A stretch of DNA of 64,000 bases, taken from the NCBI GenBank assembly GCA_934153675.1, contig CAKPFG010000002.1, positions 32,692 to 96,691 on the forward strand, in the 5' to 3' direction. The stretch's first letter is position 1. Every line of letters begins with the position of its first letter. Position numbers and translations under genes: made by a program. The notes below the pieces were generated by a model. The model had not been told where the DNA came from. It made no database searches and saw only the letters and a program-made list of their open reading frames with translations. This document shows, piece after piece, positions 27,723 through 36,497 of the stretch. Source of the DNA: an uncultured Bacilli bacterium. Lineage in GTDB: Bacteria > Bacillota_I > Bacilli_A > RF39 > UBA660.

Positions 27723-27744
27723 TACTACATCCTAATTTTATTAA

Positions 27745-28260
27745 CTATTTTACTTTATTATTTTTCTTTTCATTATATACGGCTATGCCTGTTGAAATTA
27801 TCGAAATAATGTTTGAGATTATTCCTGCAATAGAAACAACAAAAATATTATATGATAACCACAAAAAATAGCAGAGTAAAGCTGTCTGCTTTACAACTTT
27901 TTGATCTCCATTCCAAATAGGTATTAGATATATAATTGCTGCAATTAAAGGAAATAAAGACCATATATTTTTATATGTAAAAATACTAACGATTATATAA
28001 ACTATTATAAAAATATATAAATATATTGATTTATTATACTTTTTATTTCTATCTTTCATTATTATAAAACTATCTCTAAAAATAGCCAAACCTTTTGTTA
28101 TACATCCTGTATATGCACCTAATAATAAATAATGTATTAAATTTAAAATATTAGATATAACCATGTTTCCTAATATTTTTTCTTTTTTACTTTTATGATA
28201 TGCAAAAATTGAAACAAAAAAGGAAGCAAAACCAATGAATTGTGAAATTATATAAACCAT
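27745..28260 (-). CDS. YgjV-like polytopic inner membrane protein (paralog 2)
   Basis: 171 aa, 4-5 TM. Confidence 0.4.
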   Translation of the reverse strand: MVYIISQFIGFASFFVSIFAYHKSKKEKILGNMVISNILNLIHYLLLGAYTGCITKGLAIFRDSFIIMKDRNKKYNKSIYLYIFIIVYIIVSIFTYKNIWSLFPLIAAIIYLIPIWNGDQKVVKQTALLCYFLWLSYNIFVVSIAGIISNIISIISTGIAVYNEKKNNKVK

Positions 28261-28287
28261 TATTATTCTCCTTATTACTTAAATATT

Positions 28288-28590
28288 TTATATTATTTCC
28301 TTATCTATCCATTTTAAATAATTATCATTTATACTTGTTAAATCAAAAATAGCAAATTCAAAACATTCATAGCTATGTTTGCTCTTAATAACTTCATATA
28401 TTTCTTTTAGGCAGTTTTTCTTAGTTTTCATTTGAAGTAAATATTCTTTTGCTTCTTCTCTTTCATTATTCCAATTCCAACTGCTTTCACTTTCAAGAAT
28501 GTGACAACTAGCAGCTAATTTTTTATCTAACAATTCTTTTGCAATACTTTCTTTATCGCAAAACGTTGTTACAATTATATATTTATCCAT
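28288..28590 (-). CDS. cutA: CutA1 divalent-cation tolerance protein
   Basis: IVTTFCDKESIAKELLDKKLAASCHI ... HSYECFEF ... YLKWI matches CutA family. Confidence 0.7.
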   Translation of the reverse strand: MDKYIIVTTFCDKESIAKELLDKKLAASCHILESESSWNWNNEREEAKEYLLQMKTKKNCLKEIYEVIKSKHSYECFEFAIFDLTSINDNYLKWIDKEII

Positions 28591-28593
28591 TTT

Positions 28594-29385
28594 TTACTCC
28601 TCAATAATATAATTTTTAATTACATTTACAACTTCATCATGCACTACCCCATTACTTATTAGAGCTCCTTTTATACTTTGATCATATCTTTGTTCATTTC
28701 CAAATAAATCAGTTACTTTTCCCCCTGCTTCTTCAACAATGACTTTTACAGCAGCAATATCACAATGTTTATGTTCTGTTCCTGTAAAAATTGTTAAGCT
28801 ATAATCTCCAGTTGCTACACAACAACTAGCTCTTGTAATACTTCCAATATCATTCAATCTGGTTTTCTTTCTTAATTCTTCAAATACTTTACAAACATTA
28901 TATTTTGCTTTAGACCACATATCACAATGACAAACTGTTCTAATATCATCTAAAACATAATTATTTACTGATATTTTCTCATTATTTTTATATGCCCCTT
29001 CTCCTTTTATGGCTGTATATAAACTATCTGTAAAAGGATCATAAACAACTCCTACTATAGGTTTTCCATCAATTACTAAAGCAAGTGAAAACACGGCAAC
29101 AGGAATATGTCTCGCATACATTGCTGTCCCATCAACAGGGTCACATACCCATTTATAATTACTTTCTCCAAATTGTTCTTCTTCTCCGTCGACCGCATGG
29201 CTTGGATATTTCTCTTTTACTCTATTAATTAAATAAGAATTAATTTCTGTATCGGCTAAAGTTACAATTGTTTTATCTCCTTTATATTTTTCGCCATTAT
29301 CTTTACTAAAATACTTTAGCATTATTTCACCTGCATATTTTGCAATATCTTTTGCAAAATTTAAATATTCACTATATGTACTCAT
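28594..29385 (-). CDS. Inositol monophosphatase family protein (SuhB-like)
   Basis: WVCDPVDGT metal-binding motif. Confidence 0.8.
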   Translation of the reverse strand: MSTYSEYLNFAKDIAKYAGEIMLKYFSKDNGEKYKGDKTIVTLADTEINSYLINRVKEKYPSHAVDGEEEQFGESNYKWVCDPVDGTAMYARHIPVAVFSLALVIDGKPIVGVVYDPFTDSLYTAIKGEGAYKNNEKISVNNYVLDDIRTVCHCDMWSKAKYNVCKVFEELRKKTRLNDIGSITRASCCVATGDYSLTIFTGTEHKHCDIAAVKVIVEEAGGKVTDLFGNEQRYDQSIKGALISNGVVHDEVVNVIKNYIIEE

Positions 29386-29542
29386 TTTAAACCACCTATT
29401 TTAAATATATTTCAAATTCATTATATCATACTACCAATTTATTTCAACCTTTTAAATTATTTTTACCAATGTCACAGTGGCAGTGGTTCATGTCTTCCGA
29501 AAGTATTGGAAATACTGGAATTTAATTTTCAAAATTCTTTCT

Positions 29543-29559
29543 AGATACGTTTTAGATAC
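29543..29559. repeat. Tandem motif copy B, inverted orientation (agatacgttttagatac)
   Basis: Reverse complement of gtatctaaaacgtatct. Confidence 0.8.
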
Positions 29560-29642
29560 TTTCTTGCAACATATTTAGTAACATATCTAAATAATATTGC
29601 CTAATTTTATATATAAAAAAGCCTCTATTTCAAGGCTTTTAA

Positions 29643-29750
29643 CTACTTTCCGCAACATTGTTTATATTTCTTCCCGCTTCCACAAGTTCCGTTCAATCTA
29701 GTATTTATGTTATTTATAGTATTTATGTTACTTATGGTACTATATATATT
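29643..29750 (-). repeat. Fossil secA 3'-end copy B (...NINTINNINTRLNGTCGSGKKYKQCCGK, no Met start)
   Basis: Peptide/nucleotide match to secA tail including upstream Asn/Thr-rich codons. Confidence 0.8.
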
Positions 29751-29902
29751 CTATAAAATGAGGTAAATTACCTCTTTTCCCTATTTTTGAACTTTAAATA
29801 GCTTTTTAAACTACTCCTTCCTTTCAAACTTCATTATAATTATACCATATTTTTAACTTTTTAACAATGAGCTTAATGGTTATTTTAAAAAAAAGGAGAT
29901 AA

Positions 29903-30133
29903 TTAAAATATATCATATTTAATTATATCGTTAATTATCTCTGAATGTGTCATTTCTTCAAAAGCATTTGTTGCTTTTATTTTAGAATTTTCGGTACTAG
30001 AAATATAATAATTTTCAGTTGTTTCTATATTACCATGCCCTAGTAAATCTGCAACATCTCTAATCTCTACACCATTCTTTAAAATTTTCGTAGCATAACT
30101 CCCTCGTAGATCATAAAATCTACAATTTTCGAT
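29903..30133 (-). pseudogene. Tyrosine integrase C-terminal fragment (after in-frame TGA)
   Basis: IENCRFYDLRGSYATKILKNGVEIRDVADLLGHGNIETTENYY = box II / catalytic Tyr region; same frame as 30134-30502 across a TGA. Confidence 0.75.
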
Positions 30134-30502
30134 TCATAATTCCTCATGAATAATTTTATATGGATATTTAGTTAAATTTGTACCCACATATTTTCCATCA
30201 TCTTTTGTAAAAACTAACTTTATTCTTTCTTTATCTTCTTCAGTATTTTCTACTATTCTTTGTTCAATGACTTTACCATATTCATTCAAAACATCTTCTA
30301 AATGATAATATTTATATTTTATTCCATACATTTTTTCAAAATTTTCCTGTTGTTTTTTATAGTTTGTTAATGCAATAAATAAAGTATTACTGATATATAT
30401 TTTTCTTTTTCCGTTAAATGTTTTATGTTCGCCTATATACCATCTTCCTTTTTCATCTATTAAACCATTATACATCTTATTTAAATTCTCTTCATTTATC
30501 AT
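30134..30502 (-). pseudogene. Tyrosine integrase middle fragment (catalytic domain, 5'-truncated)
   Basis: GEHKTFNGKRKIYISNTLF...LVFTKDDGKYVGTNLTKY matches integrase Lys-hairpin / box region; continues in-frame into 29903-30133 after TGA. Confidence 0.65.
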
Positions 30503-31503
30503 TTTCTAATTCCTCCTTGCTTTCTTTTAAGTAAAAGTTCTTTACTTTCAGACATGCCTTCCTTATCAAATTCATCAGATAATAGAACAGGATACATTGT
30601 TAAAATATCTTTTGTTCCAATCATAGTAACAACGCATAAATCACTTGTTATATCATCACCTTTAAAACCAATTGGTGTATCTAATCTAAATCTATACATA
30701 TCTGAAACTTCAAAATGATTTGAGTTCATGCCCTCAATTTTTTCTCTTGCATCTATTAATAATTTTTTTAAATCAATATATTTGAAAAAGCATCCATTTG
30801 TAGATTTTTCTCTTTGATTCATGTGTTTACTTATATGTCTCAAAAGCAAGTCTTCACTATCATCAAACAAACGATATATCATATAATCTTTTATTGGATC
30901 AAAATGATTGTCTGATTGTCTCAATTTTCCCAGATTCCGAAGTAAATACATTTCTAGTATTTGATAATGCTGTAGCAATTTGGGTGTTAAACGCTCAGAA
31001 TTTATTGCTTTCAAATATTTATAAGCATCTCTATAATTTTCTTTCAAGATATTTAAGCATACTAATCCAATTGTTGATTGAATATAAAACTTTCTATTTA
31101 ATTGTAAAGTTTCTAACATCTTTCTAGCAACTTCATTATCTCCTGTTTGAATATATAACTTTGCTATAGCAAGTAATGATTTATTTTGCATATCAGGATC
31201 AATCATACATTGACTATAATATGTTTTACTTTTCTCAAAATTATTTTCTATATTTTCTAACAATCCATATACTTGTTTAAATTCTATAGCATCACTTTGA
31301 TTATTCCTTAAAAGATTTCTTACCTTTGCATATTTTCCTTCTCTTAAATCTATTTGAATTAATTTTGATAAGGATAAATCGCCAAATTCACCATTATATT
31401 TGTAAGCCTTTTCAAAATAATAACGAGCATTTATATAATCATTATTATTCCAAAATTCTATTCCTTTAAAGTAAGCATCTTTTTCACTCAGTATATTCTC
31501 CAT
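30499..31503 (-). CDS. TPR-repeat protein (N-terminal TPR, C-terminal domain of unknown function)
   Basis: Start at MENILSEK; TPR-like helices; operon with sigma factor. Confidence 0.55.
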   Translation of the reverse strand: MENILSEKDAYFKGIEFWNNNDYINARYYFEKAYKYNGEFGDLSLSKLIQIDLREGKYAKVRNLLRNNQSDAIEFKQVYGLLENIENNFEKSKTYYSQCMIDPDMQNKSLLAIAKLYIQTGDNEVARKMLETLQLNRKFYIQSTIGLVCLNILKENYRDAYKYLKAINSERLTPKLLQHYQILEMYLLRNLGKLRQSDNHFDPIKDYMIYRLFDDSEDLLLRHISKHMNQREKSTNGCFFKYIDLKKLLIDAREKIEGMNSNHFEVSDMYRFRLDTPIGFKGDDITSDLCVVTMIGTKDILTMYPVLLSDEFDKEGMSESKELLLKRKQGGIRK

Positions 31504-31667
31504 TATTACCCCCCTTTTTTTGGTAAAAAAGAGTATTATAGATGGCAAATTTGATGCAAAAAAATCACAAAGTGATTTACTTTGTGATTTTTATTGTTTA
31601 ATAGTTAGTATTAATTATATAATTAAATTTAGACCAAAATCATTGTTTTTTATAAATATGTTATTAC

Positions 31668-33209
31668 TTAATCTTCCTTCTTTTTTAAAACTAAAGAAGA
31701 TCCTGTTGCTACTTCAACAGCCTTATCAATAAATTGATTTATATTTTCTTTATAAACTAATAATACCTTTTTCGTAGTTTCTATAACTTCACTTGTTTCT
31801 ATTCCTAAAAAACCTGCTACTGATTCTGTTGTGAAATACTTTCCATCTACATATCCTAATTTTAAACAAATTATTACTGCTTCTTTTGGTGTTAATGATT
31901 TTAACATTTCGCCAAAACTTGGTGTTCTCATTAATTCTAAAATTTTCAAACAATCATCTTTTTCTATTTCCGAAGTTGTTTGAGGTGAAATTGTTTTTGA
32001 ATTTTCAACTTTTTGTGAAATCAATTCTGGTTGAGTTACTTCTTCTGCTTTTGTTTTTTCTAGTGAAAGAATACTAGATCGGTTATTTGTATCTGAAACA
32101 TTTTGTGTTCTTCTTTTATATTTTTTTCTTTTTCCTTCAGGATTAGATAATAATCTTTTCATCTTGGGAATTAAACTACCATAAAATTTGTTTGTTTCTT
32201 CTTTTGCCCATGTTGATGAAGTAACTGGATTATCTAAATCCTCACCATATCTTAATTTTACTAAAGATTTTTCTTCTTCTGTTAATTTGCTTAACATTGC
32301 ATCTATTTCTTCCCTTGTATAACCTTTTAAATATTCATATATTGTTTGTAATTTTTTCCCTCTCATTTTTTCAAATTTCCTTTCTTCTACATTTATACTA
32401 GATTTCTCTATAGCATCATTATTTTGATTAACGAACTCTATCTTTTCTTGAAGTTGAATGTCTATTGCTGGAGTAATGCTAGATGGTTGTAATGGTAATT
32501 TATTAGATTTTAGATTTTTAGTTTTTTTACCAGGTCTTCCTACTGTTTCTATTACACCATTGTCTTGTAATTGTATTCCAATTCTTTTTACAATTTTTAT
32601 TATCAACTTTGACACATACGACTGAGTAATATTAAGTTTATCTGCAATTTCTTTTTGTGTATATGAATGGTCATTAATAAACCCAAAATAAAGCAAAATT
32701 ATTTCTCTATCTCTATCTGGTAAATTATAAACAATTTTTCTGACTTCATTATAAGTAATTTGATCTTCATAATCTGAAACAAAATCTGATATATCATCTT
32801 CTAAAATATCCTCAATCTTTTTTTCATTTCCCTCTTTGTCTGTTCCTATTGGAGTATTAATACTTTGATCAAAAGCAGATTTTTTACCTTTTCTTAAAAA
32901 CATTAATATTTCATTATCAATACACCTTGTTGCATAAGTAGCAAATTCAAAATTTTTATCAGTATCAAATGTATCTACACTTTTTACTAAGCCCACTACT
33001 CCTGTTGAAACTAATTCTTTTTTATCATAACGTGTATTAGCAAACTTTTTACTTACTTGATTCAATACTAATCTAATATTATGAATTATCACTTGTTCTC
33101 TAGCTTTTAAATCTCCCTGCTTATATTGTTCTAAATAAGAATATAATTCTTTCTTTGACAATGGCTTAGGAAGTTTATTTGACTCTATGAATAATTCTTC
33201 ATAATTCAT
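31668..33209 (-). CDS. SigE/SigK-like (group 3) sigma-70 family factor with about 290-aa C-terminal extension containing two extra sigma-4-like HTH repeats
   Basis: LPKPLSKKE...AREQVIIHNIRLV...ATYATRCIDNEILMFLR (region 2), YTQKEIADKLNITQSYVSKLI (region 4), then repeats LSKLTEEEKSLVKLRYGEDL and LTPKEAVIICLKLGYVDGKYFTTESVAGFLGIETSEV. Confidence 0.7.
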   Translation of the reverse strand: MNYEELFIESNKLPKPLSKKELYSYLEQYKQGDLKAREQVIIHNIRLVLNQVSKKFANTRYDKKELVSTGVVGLVKSVDTFDTDKNFEFATYATRCIDNEILMFLRKGKKSAFDQSINTPIGTDKEGNEKKIEDILEDDISDFVSDYEDQITYNEVRKIVYNLPDRDREIILLYFGFINDHSYTQKEIADKLNITQSYVSKLIIKIVKRIGIQLQDNGVIETVGRPGKKTKNLKSNKLPLQPSSITPAIDIQLQEKIEFVNQNNDAIEKSSINVEERKFEKMRGKKLQTIYEYLKGYTREEIDAMLSKLTEEEKSLVKLRYGEDLDNPVTSSTWAKEETNKFYGSLIPKMKRLLSNPEGKRKKYKRRTQNVSDTNNRSSILSLEKTKAEEVTQPELISQKVENSKTISPQTTSEIEKDDCLKILELMRTPSFGEMLKSLTPKEAVIICLKLGYVDGKYFTTESVAGFLGIETSEVIETTKKVLLVYKENINQFIDKAVEVATGSSLVLKKKED

Positions 33210-33404
33210 ATTTTTCCCCCTCCAAGTTTTCTACAAGTACATAACTTTGTGATTTTTTCTCACAAAAAGTGTTTTTATAATAACATCTTTTTTCAAAACA
33301 AGCAAGATTTCAACTTTTTTTTGTCAAAATTATTAAATTAATATATTTTTATCAGACTTTAATATACCTCTCTTTAAGTTATGTACTTTGAGATTTAATT
33401 GCTA

Positions 33405-33437
33405 AAAAAACAGCTTATAAAATTTTAAGCTGTTTTA
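33405..33437. terminator. Bidirectional hairpin terminator
   Basis: aacagcttataaaattttaagctgtt. Confidence 0.55.
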
Positions 33438-33439
33438 AT

Positions 33440-33720
33440 TATATTTTTCTTTTGACTAATTGATATATATCATTGTGAATTTCATCAAGAGTACGCATCC
33501 TATTATTTTCAGCACATTCTATTTTGTTCCATCCTAAATATTCAGAATATAACATATTACATTCTTTTGTACTTTCTCCACTAATAAATTCTTCATATAC
33601 TCTTTGTCCTGCTATATATGCATCTTTTTTTGTCTTAAAACCAGATTTTGATATTTGTTTTCTTTTACCATTAACCTTTCCTGCTTCAAATCTGTATTCA
33701 TACAGATTATTTCTTTTTCT
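33440..33720 (-). pseudogene. Tyrosine integrase N-terminal fragment (arm-binding + start of core-binding domain), no Met start
   Basis: RKRNNLYEYRFEAGKVNGKRKQISKSGFKTKKDAYIAGQRVYEEF... Confidence 0.7.
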
Positions 33721-33789
33721 AATACTAATAATAATTCCTCATCTCCTTTACAAAAAAATGTTAGCATACACATACTAACATTTTTTATT

Positions 33790-34782
33790 TTAAATACTAA
33801 GTCCTACTTTTTCTTTTACTATTTTCATTTTTTTAGAAGCATATACTCTAGCTTTATTAGCACCATTTGTTAATATTTCTTTTAAATGTTTTTCATCATT
33901 TCTATATTGATAAAATTTGTCTTGAATACCTTTAATAAATTTACAAACACTATCAGCAACTTCAATTTTAAAATCTTTATAATTATAATTCTTATATTTT
34001 TCATTAGATTCCTCTATAGTCATATTATTAACCACACATACTAATGATATTAAATTAGATATTCCCGGTTTACTATCCTCATCATAATAAACTTTTCCCT
34101 CACTATCTGTACACGCAGACATTATTTTCTTTCTTGTTATTTCTATATCATCTAACATAAATATTGTCCCTTTATCATCCTTTGGAGCAGATTTACTCAT
34201 TTTAACGCTTGGATCTTGTAAGTTCATTATTTTAGCACCTATTTTAGGTATTTGATATTCTGGTAATTTGAAAGTATTACCATAAATATTATTAAATCTT
34301 TCTCCAAAATCTCTAGTTTTTTCAATGTGTTGTCTTTGATCTGCACCTACTGGTACTATTTCAGCATCATATAATAATATATCTGCTGCCATTAAAGTTG
34401 GATAAATAAATAATCCCATATCTTTTTCACTTTTTCCTAATTGTTGTTTTTTAGATTTAAATTGTGTCATTCTAGATAATTCTCCAACACTACATTGAAA
34501 TGACATTAAAAATCCTAAATTACAATGTTCTAATACATTACTTTGCATAAATAATGCCGTATTATTAATATCGATTCCACAAGCCATATACATTGCTGTT
34601 ATATCTAATATATTATTTCTTATTTCTTTTGGATCAATATAAGTTGTCAATCCATGAATATCTGCAATAAATATTAATGAATTATATTTATATTGTTGTT
34701 CTACAAATCCTTTTATTCCTCCAATATAGTTTGCTAAAGTTATACTTCCTGTAGGTCTTACACCTGTAATCATTGTTTTCAT
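33790..34782 (-). CDS. trpS: Tryptophanyl-tRNA synthetase
   Basis: Class I aaRS HIGH-like (GVRPTGSITLANYIG) and KMSKS motifs; 330 aa. Confidence 0.9.
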   Translation of the reverse strand: MKTMITGVRPTGSITLANYIGGIKGFVEQQYKYNSLIFIADIHGLTTYIDPKEIRNNILDITAMYMACGIDINNTALFMQSNVLEHCNLGFLMSFQCSVGELSRMTQFKSKKQQLGKSEKDMGLFIYPTLMAADILLYDAEIVPVGADQRQHIEKTRDFGERFNNIYGNTFKLPEYQIPKIGAKIMNLQDPSVKMSKSAPKDDKGTIFMLDDIEITRKKIMSACTDSEGKVYYDEDSKPGISNLISLVCVVNNMTIEESNEKYKNYNYKDFKIEVADSVCKFIKGIQDKFYQYRNDEKHLKEILTNGANKARVYASKKMKIVKEKVGLSI

Positions 34783-34784
34783 AT

Positions 34785-35080
34785 TTTTTTCCTTCTTTCT
34801 TATATTTTTATATTTTAAATCAATGATTAATATAACTTATACCATCGTTTCAAATACTTTTCCATACAACCATCTCCTTCTTATAAATAAAAAAAGATTC
34901 CAGTCTAAAAATTAAGACAAGAATCTTGTACCACCTAATAATAGTTTCATTTCATATACCATCATATATGTTCACTTGATAACGGGTAGAAACTCCCGAT
35001 TTTTCATACTTTAATTAATTTCTGAAAAACTCTCTTTGGTCCATTCAATATTCATCCATTGCAACTTTCCATCAACCAGT
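34785..35080 (-). ncRNA. T-box riboswitch leader of trpS (Trp specifier UGG candidate, T-box AUUAGGUGGUAC, terminator)
   Basis: Minus strand reads ...attaggtggtacaagattcttgtcttaatttttagactggaatcttttt (T-box + terminator hairpin); upstream aauggaccaaagagag stem I-like AGAGAG. Confidence 0.6.
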
Positions 35081-35317
35081 TGCTTTCTATAAATTTCATA
35101 AATATCTACTTCTCCAAATCACTGATTTAAAATATGGTTAGATTATAGCACTAAACTTGCATTTTGTCAAAAATCAAAGTAATAAAAAAGGATGTCCACA
35201 TTTGAAATGTTGTCTACATCCTTGTTTTACTTATGTTTTATTAGTATTACGTGGACAAGTTATCAAACTCGAACCAACTTAATATTCTTTGAATTTCTTG
35301 TTTTCCCTTATTTTATC

Positions 35318-35371
35318 TTACTTTCCGCAGCATTGTTTGTATTTTTTTCCCGAACCACAAGGAATAAGTTA
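35318..35371 (-). repeat. Fossil secA 3'-end copy C (LIPCGSGKKYKQCCGK, no start codon)
   Basis: Match to secA tail. Confidence 0.8.
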
Positions 35372-35464
35372 CAATTTTTGAATAATTTTTTCCTTTTAAA
35401 GTGGTGTTTTTTATTTTAAAATTATAATTTTTTGTTGAATAATTGTAAGATTTTATTCAAGAGT

Positions 35465-35487
35465 GTATCTAAAAACGTATCTAAAAT
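35465..35487. repeat. Tandem motif copy C (tgtatctaaaaacgtatctaaaa)
   Basis: Direct sequence. Confidence 0.85.
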
Positions 35488-35504
35488 AATAGATTTATAT
35501 CTTG

Positions 35505-36497
35505 TTAATATAAGTCTTTTATTGGCATTACCATCTCTTTACCATCTTTTAATAACGCAATACTCGAATTCTTTAATTCTTCTTTATTAATCAGTTGATT
35601 AGAAATGTAATCAAAGAACATATCATTTATTGAATTTAAAAAAGTATTTACTTCATTTAATAATCTTATACCTGAAGAACTATAATCAAACCATATATCA
35701 CTGTCAATTATGTTTACTACTGGATATTTTTTATTATATCCAGATGCAGATTTATTTGGAAAAATCAGGTCAAACGGATTATCCCTTGTGACAATCGCTT
35801 CTTCTATCTTCTGCTTTACATAATTATCTTTATATATATCTATTAAAGTACTATTTATTATAATGTTGCCATTTTTATCAATACCTACCATATTACATTT
35901 AGAACTAAACGAATAATAACAAGTACACTCTTCTTTTCCAGATATATATCTATTTTCAGTATAATGAACAACTCTATTTCTTAACATATACACTTCCCAC
36001 CAAAGGCCAAATTCATTTCTGTTTGGATAAAAATCAAAAGACTTATCTTTATTAAAATAATGTTGTAATTGAATTCTTTGTTCAGATTCAAAAAGAGAAT
36101 ATAATTGTGTTACTAAGCTATCAAAATAGAATGAAAATTTATCATTTAATGGTGGTGAAAAAATATTTCTTTCATCGGTCTTTATAGTACCAACTGCAAG
36201 ATTTATATTATTTAAAAATTGAAAAATAAAATAAATTAATTCCTTTTCCTTATACAAAAATTCTTCAATAATACGAAGTTCATCATACCTTACTATGTGT
36301 TCTTCATTTTTATACTTTTCAATACTTAAAGTCGTTAATGCTAATAAAATGGATTGTAATTTAAATTCAATTTTATTATAATTTTCTCTAATGTTATTAA
36401 TTTCATTATTAAACTCTGTAATTGTCATGTTAATTTTTTCACACTCCTCCAAAGATGGCGCAAATATCCAAATATTACTATAGCAGTTTTTTATCAT
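35505..36497 (-). CDS. Hypothetical protein (330 aa), operon with APH-family kinase
   Basis: ORF, overlaps upstream gene end. Confidence 0.5.
   Translation of the reverse strand: MIKNCYSNIWIFAPSLEECEKINMTITEFNNEINNIRENYNKIEFKLQSILLALTTLSIEKYKNEEHIVRYDELRIIEEFLYKEKELIYFIFQFLNNINLAVGTIKTDERNIFSPPLNDKFSFYFDSLVTQLYSLFESEQRIQLQHYFNKDKSFDFYPNRNEFGLWWEVYMLRNRVVHYTENRYISGKEECTCYYSFSSKCNMVGIDKNGNIIINSTLIDIYKDNYVKQKIEEAIVTRDNPFDLIFPNKSASGYNKKYPVVNIIDSDIWFDYSSSGIRLLNEVNTFLNSINDMFFDYISNQLINKEELKNSSIALLKDGKEMVMPIKDLY

Noticed and set aside
29471-29495. tcacagtggcagtggttcatg resembling an inverted piece of the SEC-C coding repeat
   Set aside because: Only an about 11-nt match; too short to distinguish from chance in AT-poor local context.
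29903-30502. In-frame TGA inside the integrase reading frame as evidence for TGA=Trp (genetic code 4)
   Set aside because: Long core genes (secA, rpoA, secY, rplB) are intact under the standard code and contain Trp codons as TGG. The TGA is a nonsense mutation in a pseudogene.
33524-33873. Plus-strand ORFs 33524-33778 and 33655-33873
   Set aside because: Antisense to the integrase N-terminal fragment and to the trpS 3' end; the minus strand carries the recognisable integrase sequence.
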